A program made the position numbers and the translations under genes. Shown piece by piece: positions 59,510-64,000 of a stretch of 64,000 nucleotides of DNA (its first letter is position 1; each line of letters opens with the position of its first letter). The stretch is from Minisyncoccota bacterium (GTDB taxonomy: Bacteria > Patescibacteriota > Minisyncoccia > Phycocordibacterales > Zambryskibacteraceae): positions 8,226-72,225 of the forward strand of contig DATDVZ010000006.1 of assembly GCA_036517475.1 (NCBI GenBank), read 5' to 3'. Under the pieces are notes generated by a model. The model ran no database searches, had not been told where the DNA came from, and worked only from the letters and a program-made list of their open reading frames with translations.

Positions 59510-60361
59510 TCAAATTTGGGTTTTTTTCTTTAAAATAGTAACCCAATCATTTTCTTTCCCCTCTGTCCCCGTAAATTCTATTTTATTTATAAAAAATAAT
59601 CCCATCTCCTTGATTTTATCAATATTTTCTTGTCTGGAAGCTGGTGGTAAAACACCGTCTTGATAAATAGCAGGAGTATAAGAATAGAAAAAAATAATTC
59701 CCTCTTTAATTATTGCTCTCTCGAAAGATTGCAGAAGTTGAAGAAAAATCGTTATCCTTCTTTCATTTCGTCCAACAAAATAATTCGGTATGTTTGAAAG
59801 ATTTATTATGTCGTAAGTATTTGGTTGAAGATTTACAGCGATATTGACAATATCTCCAATCATAAACTCCGGTTCTGCTTTTAACATTATCTTTTTCATT
59901 TTTTTGTAGGAAGTTTCGTCTTCCAAGTAAGCATTTATTTTAAAAGGTGAGCAAGAAATAAAAGTACGGTTCCTAAAATATTCCAACTTTAAGGGGTTCC
60001 TACTCCCCGCCTCAGTATAAATCTGATTAAAAAACTTTGCGGTTTCGACTTGTAAATAGGGTTCAATCTTATCGTAAATGTTTTTATCAAGACTTCCATC
60101 GCTAAACGTTTTTCCGAAGAAAGAGAGAAATTCTTGGTATGTTAAATGTTTTATTGCGCAAAATTTTAGATCAACAAATAATAATGATCGCTGATTTATG
60201 TCAAAACCTGTTACCTTCTTTGCACCAAAAAAATATGCGTTGAGAATTTGGTCACCGGAACCAATAATTGTTAGAACTGTTTTTCCCTTTATGTCCAGTT
60301 TCGAATAATAGCTTGCAACCATTTCGGTTGCATAGATATATATCTTTGACTCAGAGGTCAT
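59510..60361 (-). CDS. DUF3419/BtaA-like SAM-binding protein
   Basis: Y.YATE, VLTIIGSGDQ, GFDIN, YD.INLSNI; start moved downstream of the tRNA. Confidence 0.7.
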   Translation of the reverse strand: MTSESKIYIYATEMVASYYSKLDIKGKTVLTIIGSGDQILNAYFFGAKKVTGFDINQRSLLFVDLKFCAIKHLTYQEFLSFFGKTFSDGSLDKNIYDKIEPYLQVETAKFFNQIYTEAGSRNPLKLEYFRNRTFISCSPFKINAYLEDETSYKKMKKIMLKAEPEFMIGDIVNIAVNLQPNTYDIINLSNIPNYFVGRNERRITIFLQLLQSFERAIIKEGIIFFYSYTPAIYQDGVLPPASRQENIDKIKEMGLFFINKIEFTGTEGKENDWVTILKKKTQI

Positions 60362-60402
60362 CGAGTTTCTACCGTCCGCTTCAATAATATCTATAAACAT
60401 TT

Positions 60403-60478
60403 TGGAGCCACCTCGCAGAATCGAACTGCGGACCCCATCTTTACGAAAGATGTGCTCTACCAACTGAGCTAAGGTGGC
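60403..60478 (-). tRNA. tRNA-Thr(CGT)
   Basis: GCCACCTTAGCTCAGTTGGTAGAGC, CATCT-TTCGTAA-AGATG, GTTCGATTC, CCA. Confidence 0.93.
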
Positions 60479-60498
60479 TTTGAGATAATTTTATCAAA

Positions 60499-61182
60499 TT
60501 AGGCGGCTTGCTTGAGATTGAGATTAAACCACCAAACACCGGCAAGTGCCAGCACAAACGTGACTAAGCCGACAAGCAAGAGCCCAAGGGAACCAGAAGA
60601 AACCACAAGATAACCAAAAAGAATCATTAAAGCTGAGGGAATTAAATGAATACTATTGTGCACAAGAATGAAAAACCAGACGGAAATTTTTGTAAAACCA
60701 GAAGCGTATGCGAAGAGCTCGGGAAATCCTGTAAAAAATATTCTTGTTTTGAAAAAAGTTTTTTTATCACTGCCCTTTTCAATAATTTTTTGCACTGTTG
60801 GAATATATTTTCTCGGAACAAAAAAGTTCAAAACCTTAATTCCAAATATTCTGCTTAAATAAAAACATGTAACTGATCCTAAAATATCTCCTATCAATGT
60901 AATAACGAGTGCCTTCCAAAATCCGAATACTGCTCCGGCAACAACATAAATAGGCCCGCCACCGAGAGGTACGATAATAAGAGTTGTTGCTTTGAGAAGT
61001 ATTATTATAAGAGGCCCAATGATCCCCGCTGCCTCCACAGTGCTCCTTAAATCATCTACGCCGATTTTAACAGTCACCCAGTAGGCAATAGCAATAGTCA
61101 CAAAAATAAAAAACAAATTCCTAAGAACCTGCCCCCATTCTGGTTTGGAGTCTAAGTCTGCAATTATTGTTTTATTTTCCAT
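60499..61182 (-). CDS. VTT/DedA (TVP38) family membrane protein
   Basis: G..GP, AGAVFG..., G..LGS...FYLSR.FG, YASG.T. Confidence 0.85.
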   Translation of the reverse strand: MENKTIIADLDSKPEWGQVLRNLFFIFVTIAIAYWVTVKIGVDDLRSTVEAAGIIGPLIIILLKATTLIIVPLGGGPIYVVAGAVFGFWKALVITLIGDILGSVTCFYLSRIFGIKVLNFFVPRKYIPTVQKIIEKGSDKKTFFKTRIFFTGFPELFAYASGFTKISVWFFILVHNSIHLIPSALMILFGYLVVSSGSLGLLLVGLVTFVLALAGVWWFNLNLKQAA

Positions 61183-61242
61183 AAAACTTTTTGTACGAAG
61201 CTGAGCAAGTCAATGTTTTTGGCGTGATATTAACCCCGTTAG

Positions 61243-61315
61243 AGCCGATAATCAGATTTGCACTGATGACCTCATTCTTACCATGAATGTGCTCTACTAC
61301 CTGAGCTATATCGGC
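61243..61315 (-). tRNA. tRNA-Thr(GGT), atypical T-loop
   Basis: GCCGATATAGCTCAGGTAGTAGAGC, CATTC-ATGGTAA-GAATG; T-loop TGCAAAT; no encoded CCA. Confidence 0.85.
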
Positions 61316-61320
61316 TCTAA

Positions 61321-61371
61321 TGGGGCCAACTGAACTATCCTGGCGTGCTCTACTAACTAAGCTACATTGGC
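61321..61371 (-). pseudogene. Collapsed tRNA remnant (two 5' fragments plus a CCA end)
   Basis: GCCAATGTAGCTTAGTTAGTAGAGCAC + GCCAGGATAGTTCAG + TTGGCCCCA. Confidence 0.6.
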
Positions 61372-61533
61372 ACAGCGAAATGATATTACATGGGCTCGAA
61401 ATTTTCAATTTGGCCCACAAGAATGTTTCTTAATTTTGTATTACAAAAGTGAACAATTAAAACTCCATATTTTTGATTTTTCTCTATATGTACCCAAAGA
61501 ATTAGAAGGAGTTATTGTTGCTTGAAATTAACT

Positions 61534-63747
61534 TTAAACTTTTCTGTAGCTTCTTCCCTTTCTTTTTTCAGCTAATGAATTAGCGAAAGATTCATTGAGC
61601 AATTCTTTGGTCCGGCCCTCAAGAATTTCTACATAGTCTAAGTTGGGAGCTGTTTTCTTTGCCTCAATCAAACTAAGAAGTGAGCGTGCATGGAGTCTTG
61701 CCCATTTAATCTGTTCTGGATTGTTTTCATAATCCAGACCTTCATTTATCGTTTCTTTGCTCCATCCTGCCTCTTGTCTGCCAATTAAGTCATGATCCCT
61801 CCATACCGAAAGTAGTGTGTAAGTTAAATAATCCTCGCGTTTTTTTGCTGGATTATCTCCCCCAAAATCATCATAACGTGCAATTATTCCGTCACAAATA
61901 GCCCTGTAATCCAGGCCTTTTCTTACAGCATCTTCATCATCAAAGAAAACCCAGAGGTCATTGGCATTAGCTTCAATCTGATTTTTTCTGAATTCTTCGC
62001 TATCCTCATCCCAAGTAAGCGTCTCTTCGACAAGCAGAGGTATTTTATCAGTTTCAATTACTTTAACGTTTATTTCTTCGGGTTCTTCAATTTTCTCAGG
62101 TTCTTCAATTACCTCCTCAATCTTTGGTGGTTTAATAGGAGTTCTAATTGGAGTAACAATAATGGGTTTAGGAGTTCTAATTGGAGAAAAAATTATCGGT
62201 TTAATCGGCTCAGGTTCCTTCGGAGTATCTCCTTTTCTTTTTTTAAGCCATGAAGGAATCCTCAATCTGGAAAGCGCGGGAAGCAATAGAAGAAAAAGGG
62301 GAATCGGAATTGCATAACGCGATGCGGACTCATTTTCATATTCAATTTCAAATGTCACTCTGCGCTTTGAACCGATTATTTCATCAAGTTTTGATTTAAC
62401 GGCAGCATCTTCAATTTTTCCGGCATTGTATTTTTTAACTAAATTAAGTATTTTTTCGTCATCTGCCGCACCTTCCTCATTCTGCGAAAGCCCCGATAAC
62501 TCAACCATTTCTTGATCGCTAAACTGATCTTCAACTGAACTCACAGCAACCAGTCTGTCAAATTCCTCATTGCTTACGCCTTTTTCTATGAGTATTTCTT
62601 TCAAGACATCCATTCCGCCGGAAGCTCTCGCCGCCGCAAGTTTTATATTTTCTGCGTCAACCACTCCCTGCCGTATCGTTACAGCCCCACTGGAATCCCT
62701 TCCTTCAGGTGAGGCATGGCCAGTAATTCTTATACTTTTTATCTTAAACTCATGCTCTTCCTCCGGGCCATGAATTCCGCGAACTCTCCTTTCAGCAATT
62801 CCTTCTTCACCCCAAAAGTTGCTGCTTAATCCACTGATCTGATCAACAAGCCGCCTTGAAAGATCATTCTTTACCGCCTCCTCCATTTTCTCGTAGTCTC
62901 CGGGATTTAGATTTTTTCTTGCTTCCGGACTTAAATCAAATTGTCTGGCGTATTCATATGGTATATCTGTGCTAGCAACCCCCTCTTCTGTTGTAAATCT
63001 TGTTACTTCAAAGCTGACGGGGAAAAGGGCGGCTTGCGGACTAATTTTAACTATTTCTTTACTGTCGGGATCTTTCTCCAGCATCGCATTAAAATGAAAC
63101 GCCCAGTTGGTAACATTAAAGGGTGATGTCTTTTTTTGCTCAAGACTACTTCCCATTCTTGCTGGAATATCTTCAGTTGTTGCTGTAACTTGCGCTTTCT
63201 CCACGCTAGATTGCGCTTGAACGGGTTTTGAACCCGAAAGACCTCCGAGTAGTGCCATTGCAATTACCGCTGCCTGACGCAATTTTCTGCTTGCTTTCTG
63301 TCTTAATTCAAGTACTGGAGAATGGCCTAATTTATCCAGATAAGCAACCAGTGCTCTGGGTGGGTTTCGTCTTACTAATTCATGCGTCTCATCTATTACA
63401 TCATCGGCGGCTTCCGCTCTCATTTGTGCCTGTAGCTCACTTAAAACAGGCTCGTCTTCTTTTGGCATCGCACTAAGTTGCGCAAGAAACATTGCTTTTT
63501 GCTTTTCAACTTCATAAATCTCCGCTTCAAGCTCAGCAACTCTTTTCTCATCTTCCTTTATTTCCGCATCTTTGATTTGCCCCAATAATTCTTTCCATGT
63601 GGTGTTGTATCCGTCTATAACCCTAGATGTTTCCTCATCTCCCGAAGCGCCTGCAAGAACTTCCACAAATTTTGAATTTATGTCTCTATCCAATTGTTCT
63701 TGAGGATGCTGTGCGGCCACACCAGATTCAAAAGACTCTTTTGACAT
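61534..63747 (-). CDS. Large membrane protein with OmpA-C-like domain and Pro-rich linker
   Basis: ITGHAS.EG...N.KLA.ARA...KRRVTFEI between two hydrophobic segments; KPII..PIRTP duplicated. Confidence 0.65.
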   Translation of the reverse strand: MSKESFESGVAAQHPQEQLDRDINSKFVEVLAGASGDEETSRVIDGYNTTWKELLGQIKDAEIKEDEKRVAELEAEIYEVEKQKAMFLAQLSAMPKEDEPVLSELQAQMRAEAADDVIDETHELVRRNPPRALVAYLDKLGHSPVLELRQKASRKLRQAAVIAMALLGGLSGSKPVQAQSSVEKAQVTATTEDIPARMGSSLEQKKTSPFNVTNWAFHFNAMLEKDPDSKEIVKISPQAALFPVSFEVTRFTTEEGVASTDIPYEYARQFDLSPEARKNLNPGDYEKMEEAVKNDLSRRLVDQISGLSSNFWGEEGIAERRVRGIHGPEEEHEFKIKSIRITGHASPEGRDSSGAVTIRQGVVDAENIKLAAARASGGMDVLKEILIEKGVSNEEFDRLVAVSSVEDQFSDQEMVELSGLSQNEEGAADDEKILNLVKKYNAGKIEDAAVKSKLDEIIGSKRRVTFEIEYENESASRYAIPIPLFLLLLPALSRLRIPSWLKKRKGDTPKEPEPIKPIIFSPIRTPKPIIVTPIRTPIKPPKIEEVIEEPEKIEEPEEINVKVIETDKIPLLVEETLTWDEDSEEFRKNQIEANANDLWVFFDDEDAVRKGLDYRAICDGIIARYDDFGGDNPAKKREDYLTYTLLSVWRDHDLIGRQEAGWSKETINEGLDYENNPEQIKWARLHARSLLSLIEAKKTAPNLDYVEILEGRTKELLNESFANSLAEKRKGRSYRKV

Positions 63748-63845
63748 TGTAGTTTATATTAATTTTAAGTATAAATTCATACTATACCTAAAAAAAATTT
63801 TTGCAAAAAAAATCCCGTTTCAAAAACTGAAGTGGGATGTGAAGT

Positions 63846-63881
63846 ATATACTGTGCGCAACCACAGTTGCGCACAGTATAT
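63846..63881. repeat. 16-bp-arm hairpin downstream of the last gene
   Basis: ATATACTGTGCGCAAC-CACA-GTTGCGCACAGTATAT. Confidence 0.75.
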
Positions 63882-63884
63882 TTC

Positions 63885-64000
63885 CTAGAGATTACTAATT
63901 ACAGCATTAGTAAACTCTTTTGTTGAAAGAAAATCCTTTGAAACAACATCACGAGTGAATTTGCCGTCAGTTAAAGTAAGGTCAACCGCATTTCTTATTC
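63885..64000 (-). CDS. C-terminus of isocitrate/isopropylmalate dehydrogenase-family protein (partial)
   Basis: IRNAVDLTL.DGKFTRDV....STKEFTNAVISNL*. Confidence 0.6.
   Translation of the reverse strand, partial: IRNAVDLTLTDGKFTRDVVSKDFLSTKEFTNAVISNL

Overview
AT-rich bacterial chromosomal segment (standard code 11) whose gene content points to Patescibacteria/CPR, most likely Parcubacteria (inference from the split transketolase, shortened RF2, Gmad2/DUF5674/DUF5654/DUF192-type proteins and SD-less core genes). It carries pentose-phosphate/glycolysis genes (tkt halves, rpe, rpiB, gap, a second fused transketolase), a class Ic-type ribonucleotide reductase, pyrE/pyrF/pyrG/deoD, msrB, htpX-lemA, groESL, secG, RNase J, ftsEX, prfB, a P-type ATPase, a subtilase, four tRNAs and a collapsed tRNA remnant. 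I found no CRISPR array, integrase, transposase or prophage. The most unusual signals are non-coding. (1) A ~355-nt GC-rich, heavily base-paired candidate ncRNA (59120-59479, minus) has its own promoter and terminal hairpin and includes a hairpin carrying the 16S rRNA 790-loop sequence. (2) Three copies of a ~125-bp covarying inverted-repeat element each end exactly in the ATG of the downstream gene. (3) A Cas2/PaaX-like gene is bracketed by identical 22-bp palindromes. (4) Short palindromes are inserted in-frame into housekeeping genes. (5) Many promoters have 16-bp spacers, and several look leaderless. Unusual proteins include a DHH pyrophosphatase flanked by two copies of one domain, a dTMP-kinase/GlnD-like nucleotidyltransferase pair, and several small ORFs missing from the supplied track. 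All assignments come from motif recognition by eye; no searches were run.
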